Source: Candidatus Cloacimonadales bacterium (GTDB lineage: Bacteria; Cloacimonadota; Cloacimonadia; Cloacimonadales; JAIOQZ01). Taken from it: 64,000 bases of DNA. The notes below the pieces were generated by a model. It saw nothing but the letters and a program-made list of their open reading frames with translations. It did not search any database and was not told the origin of the DNA. Position numbers and translations under genes: made by a program. Shown piece after piece: positions 9,745-18,768 of the stretch (its first letter is position 1; the number at the start of each line of letters is the position of its first letter). Where the stretch lies: positions 3,424,001-3,488,000 of the forward strand of contig OY771587.1 of assembly GCA_963674825.1 (NCBI GenBank). The letters are read 5' to 3'.

Positions 9745-11619
9745 TCAATTTACGAACTGCCAGTAAACAGTAAAATTATAGTGTACGCCGTGGGCTTCAC
9801 GGTCGAACAGGTTATCCTCAGATGTAAGGTTGTATGCTTCCAGGTTGATCTGGAATTTACGGGTTATCTGAATGCCAAACCAGCCGTCGAGGACGCGAGT
9901 GTACTCCACCGGCAGTCCACGCCAGTCAGTGTATTCGGAGACTTGAAGCTGTCTTACACCGAGCTTTAGCAGATTGTTATGTCCCACATCATACATCAGC
10001 TCCAGTGCGCTGGAAAGCTTCCATTCGGGCAGCTCGATCACTTCATCGGTATCGCGATAATCCACCTTCGATGTAACATTGAACGAGAATTTTCGCCATC
10101 TGGTCTGCATTCGCGTGATGAGTGCGGCTCCGTAGATATCCTTTTCCTTCTGGTCGATAATAATATTGACCGCAGGTCTCGAATATGCCTCGTACTCCGA
10201 GCGGAGAAGAGACCAGTCGAGATCGAGGTGAAGCCAACCCAATTCATGTTGCATCCGAAATCCTGCATGCATAGCGCTTTCGCGGAACTCGTAGCGGCGA
10301 TCCAGGTATGCCTCGCGCTCGCCTTCGATCTTGTAGCCGACAGCTATAGCGATTGAATCGCCCCAGGCGATATCCATCGATTTTCTGAGATCGTAACCGT
10401 ACTCGCGCAAGAAATCTGCATGGGTGTGTAGATGTCCAATATCCAGCCGGTGTTCAGCCAGCCAGGAGTCATGCTCGAAGTCGCGCGATTGCACCGTCAC
10501 GTCAATCTGCTGATAGAAGAGGCTGTCACCAGCGTGCAGCAGGTAGTAGGCGTCGAATTCGTCGATGTCGAGGTCGAGATTCTGGTATGATCTGCGTTGA
10601 TATTTATAGCCGACATCCAGCCAATGGTTGTCCCAGAAAATGCTGTGATCCCACAGACGTTCCCGCACGTACTCTTGCTGCGTCGGTTGATAGACTTTCT
10701 TGAGCTTGCCAGGATCGATGTTATGGTTGATAATATCGTTATCGAGATAGATGTCTCCCAGGCCCGTGTGCCAGGTTACGTGGGAGAGGAAATCACCGGC
10801 TTCTTCATTTTCAGTGAACTGCTCGCCTTCGTAAGCCAGATATTTGACATCGAGATCGACATCGTTCACCCCGAAGACATCTCCTTTCATAAAATGTATA
10901 TAGGCGTGATTCATTACGTAATCACCCAGCCCGAGTTGTGCTTCGGTAACGGGAACCGGGTTGCTGTAGCTCTCGTTTCGGAGATTGTAAACCCTGTCTT
11001 CCTGCGGAATAGCGTAGAGCTCTTTCATCCATTGTAGGGTGTGAGTCCCGTCAATGGGAAGCTCTGTCTGGATGAAGCCGTTGCGCGTAAAGTGGAAAGT
11101 TGTCTGATAAGGTGCGTACAGATGGAAATTCTCCTGTGAATAGATGAACCTCGTATCGCTAAAATGGTTGTTATAGCGCTCCCTCAAGTCGTCGAGCTTC
11201 TCTTCGAGTCTTGCTTTCATGTACCTGAGTGTGCGCGTTGTGTCGGACACAACTTCATCTTCGTCGGTCATGATGCTGCCAACGAACACCACGTTGATCA
11301 GCAATGTGGCAGTCACAGGCTTGCCTTTGGCGGTTGCGGGCGCGAATTTCCACTCGTTCAGGCTCTCGATAACAAGGCTGTCCAGCTTGCCTTCGCCGGG
11401 GATGCTTATGGGAATGACTTCGCCCAGCGTGCTATCCGGTAGAATTTCTATTTTAAAGATCGCGACTCTACCGTCGTAAATCATGTCCTCTGCTTCTGTG
11501 ATATGAAAAGGTTCCTGCTTGATCGCCTGCGCTCCGAAATAGGTGGAATCAGGCGTTTGTCCTGCCAGGCTGCAAGCGAGTAGCAGGAGAATCAAAGCCA
11601 GTTGTGATCTTGATACCAT
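9745..11619 (-). CDS. Secreted protein with an N-terminal TonB C-terminal-like domain and a putative outer-membrane beta-barrel
   Basis: Signal peptide; TonB_C-like segment KIEILPDSTLGEV…LDSLVIESLNEWKFAPATAKGKPV; amphipathic strands ending YNFTVYWQFVN. Confidence 0.7.
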   Translation of the reverse strand: MVSRSQLALILLLLACSLAGQTPDSTYFGAQAIKQEPFHITEAEDMIYDGRVAIFKIEILPDSTLGEVIPISIPGEGKLDSLVIESLNEWKFAPATAKGKPVTATLLINVVFVGSIMTDEDEVVSDTTRTLRYMKARLEEKLDDLRERYNNHFSDTRFIYSQENFHLYAPYQTTFHFTRNGFIQTELPIDGTHTLQWMKELYAIPQEDRVYNLRNESYSNPVPVTEAQLGLGDYVMNHAYIHFMKGDVFGVNDVDLDVKYLAYEGEQFTENEEAGDFLSHVTWHTGLGDIYLDNDIINHNIDPGKLKKVYQPTQQEYVRERLWDHSIFWDNHWLDVGYKYQRRSYQNLDLDIDEFDAYYLLHAGDSLFYQQIDVTVQSRDFEHDSWLAEHRLDIGHLHTHADFLREYGYDLRKSMDIAWGDSIAIAVGYKIEGEREAYLDRRYEFRESAMHAGFRMQHELGWLHLDLDWSLLRSEYEAYSRPAVNIIIDQKEKDIYGAALITRMQTRWRKFSFNVTSKVDYRDTDEVIELPEWKLSSALELMYDVGHNNLLKLGVRQLQVSEYTDWRGLPVEYTRVLDGWFGIQITRKFQINLEAYNLTSEDNLFDREAHGVHYNFTVYWQFVN

Positions 11620-12572
11620 TTATACGTCTCCATAAGGGCGTCACGTGGGTCGTAATCCGGTTCCCAGCCGATAAGCCTTTTCGCCTTTTCCGATGAACAG
11701 AGCCAGCGCTTTCCAGCGAAATCGGGTACACGCTGGAAATTCAGAATCGGAACCTTGCGAACGATCCTGCCGAAGATCTCCGAGAGCAGCGCTGCAGGGT
11801 AGATCAACGGCACGGGCAGGTGAATCCTGATTGCGAAGGTCGCGATCGCTTCCTCCAGATAATCGATGAACTGATCGAACGAATAGTCGATACCGTCCGA
11901 TACGAAAAACGTCTGTCGGAACGTCTTTTCCTGCATGGGAAGCATAGACAGAAAGCGAACCAGATCCTTGCTGTAAATCGCGCTGAACTTGCGTTTTCCA
12001 GCAAGCAGAACAATCAGATGCATTTTCGCCATCCTGAAGTAGCTGAGGAAATCACGATCGCCAGGACCGAACACCGATGCCGGCCTAACGATGGTCCAGT
12101 CTATGTCTTCACAGTGGTGAAGAAGCTTTTCCGCTTCCAGCTTGCTCTTTCCGTAGCCGGACACCGGTTTGCATGCGTCACTCTCAAGCTTGCACTGACC
12201 CTCTGAAGCTGCCTGACCAGCCGCTGCCTGCGAGCTGAGGAATACGAAATGCTGCACCGATTCGTTGTCGATCGCGGCCTTCAAGAGGTGCCGCGTCACA
12301 TCGACGTTTGCGCGCATGAGCTCAGATCTCTTGAATGCTTTGGTCATGCCGGCCAGATGATAAACGATTTCATAGCCACTCAGTGCATCGTAGAGTTGCT
12401 CCGGCTTGAAGTAATCCACATGGTGCAAATGAGGGTGAAGCTCCTCGGGGATGAGGCTGATGTCCGAACTCTCGCGGATCAAGCCACGGGCTTCGAAACC
12501 CATCCTGTGGAGCTGCGTCATTAACTGGCTTCCGATAAAGCCATTCGCGCCGGTGACAATTACTTTTTGCAT
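11592..12572 (-). CDS. NAD-dependent epimerase/dehydratase (extended SDR)
   Basis: TGANGFIG, HLAG, catalytic YGKSK, RPASVFGPGD. Start taken at MQKVIV. Confidence 0.9.
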   Translation of the reverse strand: MQKVIVTGANGFIGSQLMTQLHRMGFEARGLIRESSDISLIPEELHPHLHHVDYFKPEQLYDALSGYEIVYHLAGMTKAFKRSELMRANVDVTRHLLKAAIDNESVQHFVFLSSQAAAGQAASEGQCKLESDACKPVSGYGKSKLEAEKLLHHCEDIDWTIVRPASVFGPGDRDFLSYFRMAKMHLIVLLAGKRKFSAIYSKDLVRFLSMLPMQEKTFRQTFFVSDGIDYSFDQFIDYLEEAIATFAIRIHLPVPLIYPAALLSEIFGRIVRKVPILNFQRVPDFAGKRWLCSSEKAKRLIGWEPDYDPRDALMETYKWYQDHNWL

Positions 12573-12665
12573 GCAGTTGAAATTCCTGACCAATTGCGAT
12601 TCAGTCAATTGATTTTATGTGATAGGTTGAATTTGCCGTGATGAATTGCAACCCACATCGCTGTT

Positions 12666-12730
12666 TCCCTAATCCTCGCCCTTTTCTCAGGGAGAGAGTC
12701 GGTTCGACGAAGGAGAACCGGGATGAGGGA
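12666..12730. repeat. REP-like composite palindromic element
   Basis: Outer arms TCCCTAATCC/GGATGAGGGA enclose TCTC-AGG-GAGA and CGGTTC…GAACCG hairpins; GC-rich within an AT-rich intergenic gap. Confidence 0.5.
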
Positions 12731-12777
12731 GAAAAATCAAAATGATTCCGCTAACATGAATTCGCTACGCAAATGGT

Positions 12778-12851
12778 TTTCGTTTTCACTTTGTGAAAGC
12801 CGAAAAGGGCTTTCGTTCGATCATTTCGTTTTAACTACGTCAAAGCCGAAA
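12778..12851. repeat. Two 28-bp imperfect-palindromic direct repeats separated by 18 bp
   Basis: TTTCGTTTTCACTTTGTGAAAGCCGAAA (12778-12805) and TTTCGTTTTAACTACGTCAAAGCCGAAA (12824-12851), 24/28 identical. Confidence 0.65.
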
Positions 12852-14480
12852 TTACTTCATCAGCGTCACCTTCTGCGTTTGGAGCGTCCTATCTCCTGCA
12901 TTCAGTTTACAGAAATAGACCCCACTGGCGAAATCTCCGGCATTCCAGGTCATGGATGAGGGAAACCCCCTTTTATTCCCCCTTATCAGGGGGATAGGGA
13001 CTGAGTCCACTTTTTGCCCTCGTATATTATAGATTTCTATCGTCAAATCGTGGTATTCGGTATCCGTCTTGATCTCGAACGACACCTCCGGATTAAACGG
13101 ATTGGGGTACGCATTGAAGGTGATATCCGCCGGCGGCACGGTCTCGTCATCCACCGGTTCCGGATCCTGTTCAACTAATCCGGCATGGCCTGCATACACA
13201 TAGACATCGCCATAGTTAGACGGGTAGGTGGTGCTTTCCCCGTAAGCGCCAACGGCAATATCATCGAATCCATCGTTATCAAAATCACCGACCGCATATC
13301 CCCCGCCGTACCCGTAATGCCCATCGAAATCGTAATAATCTTCTGTTCCGTTTTGGTTGCCGAGATAGAAATAAAGGCATCCCCCATATTCCGATGGATT
13401 CGTATCAATGTAATCATTTTTTTGGTCTCCGTTAATATCTCCTATAGCCGGCATGAAGAAATTGGATGTCTCAATATACGTATATCGATCCCAGTCAATG
13501 GTCTCGCCACCTCGCCATAAGCGTGTACCAACTGCTTCGAAATCTTCATTAAGATCATAGGATTTAAATGCAAAATCATCGTATCCATCGTTATCCCAAT
13601 CGCCTGCGGGCATAAGTTCATATAGTAGTGAATACGAATAGGTATGTCTTTGATAGTGTAGCAACGCGTCCGGAATGGTATCCTGCACAGCTCCACCCCA
13701 GAAAAAACGGAAGAAGTAATTATATGTAAAAGTCTCATCGGGATTATGAACATTTTCGCCCTCATAACAGAAACTGAAATCGTCATAGCCGTCGTTGTTT
13801 ACATCGCCCAGACCACGGAAACCACGGTTAGTGCTCATGCGCGTATAGATGCTGTCAATAAACACCACCTTTTCGAAGCTGCCGCCGTAGATGATCGAGT
13901 AGGTCAGATAATTATGGTCTTCCTCCGTTACCCCCGCGTCGTCGTACCCGTCGCCGTTGATATCGCCAAGGGGGTGTATTTCTGCACTGGAGGAGTTAAC
14001 TTCGTATTCATAATCAGGAATAGTGTCGTTGACGGAACTACCTAAGAGGATTCTGCAATAATGATGAAATGAATATTCACCATCGTACATTCCATAACTG
14101 TAACGGTAACCGATATCATCAAATCCATCACCGTTCATATCACCGAGGTTTTGTGGTAGCCACCAATTATCGATATATGTTTTCGTTGTATCAACAAGTG
14201 TGGATGCTATGAAGTCTGGAGACTCAGGTAAACCGTCTTCTGAACCATAATAGACATATAATTTTCCTTTCTGGTTGGTGTGTTCTTCATCAATATAATA
14301 CCGATAAGCATTCACAGCCAGATCGTCAATATTGTCGCCATTGAAGTCCAATGAGACAACATTTTTCCCGAAACTGTCGTTTGCTTGTTCACCGTGTTGC
14401 TGCCATACCACTTCGAGCTGGTTGTTGGCAATTAAAAGAACGCTAATAGCGAGTAAGATGGCTATATATAGGTATCGCAT
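12852..14480 (-). CDS. FG-GAP repeat (integrin-alpha-like beta-propeller) secreted protein with a T9SS type-A-like sorting domain
   Basis: Signal peptide MRYLYIAILL…; seven D-x-[ND]-x-D-[GNQ]-x-x-D-type repeats; tail AYPNPFNP…IYNIRGQKV…ASGVYFCKL…KVTLMK. Confidence 0.88.
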   Translation of the reverse strand: MRYLYIAILLAISVLLIANNQLEVVWQQHGEQANDSFGKNVVSLDFNGDNIDDLAVNAYRYYIDEEHTNQKGKLYVYYGSEDGLPESPDFIASTLVDTTKTYIDNWWLPQNLGDMNGDGFDDIGYRYSYGMYDGEYSFHHYCRILLGSSVNDTIPDYEYEVNSSSAEIHPLGDINGDGYDDAGVTEEDHNYLTYSIIYGGSFEKVVFIDSIYTRMSTNRGFRGLGDVNNDGYDDFSFCYEGENVHNPDETFTYNYFFRFFWGGAVQDTIPDALLHYQRHTYSYSLLYELMPAGDWDNDGYDDFAFKSYDLNEDFEAVGTRLWRGGETIDWDRYTYIETSNFFMPAIGDINGDQKNDYIDTNPSEYGGCLYFYLGNQNGTEDYYDFDGHYGYGGGYAVGDFDNDGFDDIAVGAYGESTTYPSNYGDVYVYAGHAGLVEQDPEPVDDETVPPADITFNAYPNPFNPEVSFEIKTDTEYHDLTIEIYNIRGQKVDSVPIPLIRGNKRGFPSSMTWNAGDFASGVYFCKLNAGDRTLQTQKVTLMK

Positions 14481-14595
14481 GGTACCCTCCCATATAAGCG
14501 CTATGATCAACAATTTTTCATGATTCGTCAAGTGATATTGTGGGAGCGGAGGCGTGTTGTTTTGGAAATTGGGTATTAGATGTTATATCAGGGAA

Positions 14596-15108
14596 TTATA
14601 CCAAATCTTTCAGGTAGGGTTTGAAGAAGTGATGGATAAAGGCAAGGATAAGAACACTTACGACGATAGCAATCGCGACATTCAGGGAGAATCCATCCAC
14701 TGCCATACCCAGGGCGGTACCAGACGCGGGAGGATGCTCCATATCGATAACTACCATGATGAAAATGGAGATTCCCACTGCCAGTGCATACACGGCCACA
14801 TGCAGGAGCAAGCTTTCCGGAAGTGCGGTGGAGAGCAAGCCCATGAGCGAACCGACGGTAAGCCCGGTGAGGTGACCACCAATGAGGTTGCGTGAACGGG
14901 CCGCGATGTTTTTTGGCATCGCGAAGATGATAAAAGCAGATGCGCCCAGCGCGGCGACGTTCGCCAGACGTGAGGTCTGCAATACCAATAGTACAATGAA
15001 GAGTGCTGCGGATGCAGCCGCGCTCTGGAAAATGTAATTTTTCCAGTGGTGCTTGAATTCGTCGATTTGCTTCTTGAATGTTCGATGTACAAAATGTTGT
15101 TGTTCCAT
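14596..15108 (-). CDS. HPP family membrane protein
   Basis: LGASAFIIFAMP, RNLIGGH and EHPPASGTAL motifs; hydrophobic. Confidence 0.88.
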   Translation of the reverse strand: MEQQHFVHRTFKKQIDEFKHHWKNYIFQSAAASAALFIVLLVLQTSRLANVAALGASAFIIFAMPKNIAARSRNLIGGHLTGLTVGSLMGLLSTALPESLLLHVAVYALAVGISIFIMVVIDMEHPPASGTALGMAVDGFSLNVAIAIVVSVLILAFIHHFFKPYLKDLV

Positions 15109-15311
15109 ATTCGCAAATATGGCCAGACGGATATTCCTGTGTCAAGTAAAAAGCTGTGACAGATAACGTGGAAAAGCGAAAGAAGTTGATGCTAACAATC
15201 GAGTATGCTCGATTGATCGAATGCTGTTCAGAAACATGGCTTGACAAGATTATTAGGAAATATTTGATTTAACACGCAAGTGATTAACAGCTCTGGATGG
15301 GAAACGAGAGG

Positions 15312-16214
15312 ATGAAAGAAGATTTCAGGCGACTTGGGCCAGAGCACAAAGAAATTGTGCTGAAAATGGTCGAGCAGATATGGGACGGCGAGGATTATAC
15401 CAAGATCGTATATGACGACTGGGTACAGAACCAGCGAAGTCCATTTTACGGCCTGTGGATCGACGATAACCTCGTAGGAATCGGGAAACTGACTCGGCTT
15501 ACTGACCACGATATTTGGCTGGAAGGCCTCAAGAAAAATCCCGAGTGCACCATACCCGGAATAGGAAAACGCTTCGTGAAGTTTTTCTTCGACATGCTGA
15601 AAGACGAGTCCGGGCTGCATTCAATCCGTTTTTCTACATATTATGCCAATACGGAATCGATCCGGCTCAATACGCAAATCGGATTCGAAAAAACGCATAC
15701 ATTTTCAAATCTGACATACGAAATCGACGTATTCAAGCAACCGGTCGAGGGTGTGGAAATCTTTAATGGTAGTATCGAAGACTTGGTGGGGTTATTCTCA
15801 GAGTCCGAATTTTTCCACGCTATGGATGGCTTTATTACCCAGGGATGGGTTTTCTATCCATCGACAGAAGACATTCTGCGGAAATTTATTCGTAATGGGA
15901 TTGTTCTTGTGACACGTTCCGAGAATGGCATCGAAGGAGCTATCCTGCTTACCGATTCCCCAAAGGAGCGTTCGGTCAGCCTTGTTTCGATCGCAGCCGA
16001 AGACGAAGCTACCAGGAAGAAGCTTCTCGATGGTGCGGTGTATCTGACACAGCAGCGAGGCGTGGAGCGGATCACGATGATGTGTCCGGAACACCCTGCA
16101 TACCTGCAATGGCTCAAGGATTTCGGTTTTGAGAGCTGGGAGCAGGATCACGACGTTTTTCTTTTCACTTATCCTATGGAGACACTGAAGGTGTTTGACT
16201 CGTCCAGGTTATGA
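15312..16214 (+). CDS. GNAT-family N-acetyltransferase (probably tandem GNAT folds)
   Basis: WLEGLK…GIGKR, NTESIRLNTQIGF and a second …LKDFGF end. TTGACA at 15241. Start may be 15297. Confidence 0.75.
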   Translation: MKEDFRRLGPEHKEIVLKMVEQIWDGEDYTKIVYDDWVQNQRSPFYGLWIDDNLVGIGKLTRLTDHDIWLEGLKKNPECTIPGIGKRFVKFFFDMLKDESGLHSIRFSTYYANTESIRLNTQIGFEKTHTFSNLTYEIDVFKQPVEGVEIFNGSIEDLVGLFSESEFFHAMDGFITQGWVFYPSTEDILRKFIRNGIVLVTRSENGIEGAILLTDSPKERSVSLVSIAAEDEATRKKLLDGAVYLTQQRGVERITMMCPEHPAYLQWLKDFGFESWEQDHDVFLFTYPMETLKVFDSSRL

Positions 16215-16292
16215 CCCCTGAACCCGACAATGACTGATTTTCTTGACATCGGATCGACGATGTTGTGGATTTCAACCTGAAGAGGAGGAGGA

Positions 16293-16685
16293 ATGCGAAC
16301 AGTTGCTGTTTTATTTGTTATGTTTTCAATTCTAACCGCGTGTAGCGCCGCCAAATCGCTCGAAGAACGTGAGCTGGCTTCCAATCGTTATCAGGCCGGT
16401 GTACTGAAGAAAAGCTGCTCCGAGCAGAACATTCAAAATGCCCTTACCCACGAGGCCGATTCGCTGTATGTGGTTGCTACTGAATACGAGAGAACCAAGC
16501 GCCCCGAGAAGGCGATCAACGCGCTGGACCGCGCGGTTGTGATCTACAGCCTTGCGCTCGCACAGCGGGATCTGGACGAGAGCAAGAAACGGCACGAAAG
16601 CCAGATCGAATCGTTGGAAATGACCAAGAAGCAACTGGAATATGCACAACGACTGCTCGAAGAGGTTAAGGGAGGCCAGGAATGA
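16293..16685 (+). CDS. Helical/coiled-coil lipoprotein (DUF4398-like)
   Basis: Lipobox LTA-C; GGAGGAGG RBS; overlaps the start of the OmpA gene. Confidence 0.7.
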   Translation: MRTVAVLFVMFSILTACSAAKSLEERELASNRYQAGVLKKSCSEQNIQNALTHEADSLYVVATEYERTKRPEKAINALDRAVVIYSLALAQRDLDESKKRHESQIESLEMTKKQLEYAQRLLEEVKGGQE

Positions 16686-17554
16686 TTCGCAAGCTGACCC
16701 TCCTGATCCTCATGTTACCAGCGCTGATTTTTGCTTCAGGTAATGGCGACGAAGTTATGTCTTCCCTCGTTAAAACCAAGAGCGAATTGCACCAGCGATA
16801 TAAAAATTACCTCGATTCAGGCATTGTCCGCGAAGTCTATCTCTATCCACTCGCACTGGCGCGTATCGACGACGCACTGTACATGTATGAGAAATCGCCC
16901 CGCAGCGATGAAACCAAAGAGCAGATCGAGCTAGCCAATATGTTGGCGGAAGCCGCGATGAATCAGATGACTGCGGCTATGAACTATGCCATGACCTTGC
17001 GCCTGCAGGATGAAACTGAACAGAATCTCAAGGAAATCGCGCGCATCAGAGACGAAGTTAGCCAGATCCAGCAGGATACGGCCTTCCAAACCGCGCAGCA
17101 ATTGCAGCATCAGATCATGCGGCAACAGCAGGAGCTTGAAATCCAGCGTCGTGAAGCACAGCAGCGTTTCGATCAGCTTAGAAGCGAACTGATTAGTGTC
17201 AAGCAGGACGCTCGCGGAACCATCATCAGCATGTCGGATATCCTCTTCGATGTCGGACAGGCAAGCCTTACGTCCGATCTGCAGATCAACCTGGCCAAAA
17301 TTGCCGGGATTCTGCTGGTATATAAAGATTTGAATATCACCATCGAAGGTCATACCGACAACACCGGCAGTAGAGAATTCAATCAGACGCTGTCTGAAAA
17401 CCGCGCCGAAAACGTCCTTAATTTTCTCATCGAACAGGGTGTGAATCCAACGAGGTTATCCTCGATGGGGTATGGTTTCGATAAACCGGTAGCAAATAAC
17501 GATACCGTCGAAGGAAGGGCAAAGAATCGTCGAGTCGACCTCGTGATTCGCTGA
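16682..17554 (+). CDS. OmpA C-terminal (peptidoglycan-binding) domain protein with an N-terminal coiled coil
   Basis: ILFDVGQASL, IEGHTDNTG, NQTLSENRA, GRAKNRRVD; signal peptide. Confidence 0.92.
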   Translation: MIRKLTLLILMLPALIFASGNGDEVMSSLVKTKSELHQRYKNYLDSGIVREVYLYPLALARIDDALYMYEKSPRSDETKEQIELANMLAEAAMNQMTAAMNYAMTLRLQDETEQNLKEIARIRDEVSQIQQDTAFQTAQQLQHQIMRQQQELEIQRREAQQRFDQLRSELISVKQDARGTIISMSDILFDVGQASLTSDLQINLAKIAGILLVYKDLNITIEGHTDNTGSREFNQTLSENRAENVLNFLIEQGVNPTRLSSMGYGFDKPVANNDTVEGRAKNRRVDLVIR

Positions 17555-17556
17555 GT

Positions 17557-18768
17557 ATGACACCGAAAATTCTGGTATTTGACGAAGACCGTGATAACCT
17601 TCTGACGCTTAAGTCGAGATATCACCCGCTTGAATCGAACTATTCGATTGAGTATCTGGACGACCCGACCAGGCTGAGGCTGATGCTGAAGAATCAATAT
17701 GACGTCTTTGCCTGTAAGACATCGCTGTACGACCACATGGCACTCGATGTCCTCGATACGCTCAAAGAACACCATCCCAATACAATCCGCATCATCATTG
17801 CCGATTCGGATCAGCAACTTCAGCGACTTCAATCCACAGGAAGCGCGCATCGTTATCTCGGGCAGGATCACGGCGTGGAAGACATTAAGCTCGCTCTGGA
17901 TAACATTTTTGGGCTGAATGAGATCGTCTCGAATCCGAAGCTCAAGAGCTTTGTGCACAATATGCATTCGTTGCCGACGCTGCCATATATTTATACAGAG
18001 ATCATGCGCAAGCTGAAGAATCCCGACATCACAGCGCGTGAGATCGGAGCTCTTATTGAAAAGGATATCAGCCTGACCGCCGAGATCCTTCGCATCGTCA
18101 ATTCGTCCTATTACGCCATCCGAAATAAAATATCCGAGCCATCACAGGCGGTGGTCATGCTTGGCTTAACCGCAGTGCGAGACATTGTGTTATCGCTTTT
18201 CCTATACAATCACTTCAAGGTACGTAATTTCAAGGGTATTTCGTTTAAAAGTGTCTGGAATCATTCGCTTGCCACAGCCGGATTCGCTCGTAAGATCGCC
18301 CAGCTTAATAGCCTCAATGATTGCAATCTTGGCGAGGTTTTTGTGGCTGGACTCTTGAATTGCGTCGGAATGTTGTTCATGGCGCAGGAATATCCGGAAG
18401 ATTACTTCCAGGTTGTGCTGAGAGCGGAACGTGACCGCATCCTTCTGTTGGACGCTGAAGAGAGTGTGTTTGAGTTTAACCACAATGAAATGGGCGCATA
18501 CCTCATGGGATTATGGGGTCTGTCCGATTCGATTGTGAGGGCGATCGCATTCAGCGATACCATCGAAAAAGTGATGGAACCAAAGATCAACCATCCGTTG
18601 ATCATCTATCTTGCGAAAAGGATCGATTTCCAAAAACATCCCCACTGGTGTAAGGGTGAAATTCCGGTGATCGATCTTGAACGGCTGGAAGGGCTTCCTT
18701 ATTTTGGGGAAATTCAAATATGGCTTGCAGAGTTGCTGGAGATGACTTTTGATAAGGATGTAGAATGA
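17557..18768 (+). CDS. Receiver-like + HDOD domain signal-transduction protein
   Basis: ILVFDED receiver-like start; LPTLP…IEKDISLTAEILRIVNSSYY…AVVMLG…WNHS…HNEMGAYLMGLWGL. Confidence 0.88.
   Translation: MTPKILVFDEDRDNLLTLKSRYHPLESNYSIEYLDDPTRLRLMLKNQYDVFACKTSLYDHMALDVLDTLKEHHPNTIRIIIADSDQQLQRLQSTGSAHRYLGQDHGVEDIKLALDNIFGLNEIVSNPKLKSFVHNMHSLPTLPYIYTEIMRKLKNPDITAREIGALIEKDISLTAEILRIVNSSYYAIRNKISEPSQAVVMLGLTAVRDIVLSLFLYNHFKVRNFKGISFKSVWNHSLATAGFARKIAQLNSLNDCNLGEVFVAGLLNCVGMLFMAQEYPEDYFQVVLRAERDRILLLDAEESVFEFNHNEMGAYLMGLWGLSDSIVRAIAFSDTIEKVMEPKINHPLIIYLAKRIDFQKHPHWCKGEIPVIDLERLEGLPYFGEIQIWLAELLEMTFDKDVE

Noticed and set aside
12778..12851. Mini-CRISPR interpretation of the 28-bp repeats
   Set aside because: Only two imperfect units, an 18-bp spacer and no cas genes.
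12723..12959. 78-aa + strand ORF across the repeat region
   Set aside because: It runs through palindromic repeats and antisense into the FG-GAP gene, with no protein-like features.
14588..15247. 219-aa alternative-frame ORF over the HPP gene
   Set aside because: The overlapping 170-aa frame has clear HPP motifs; this frame has none.
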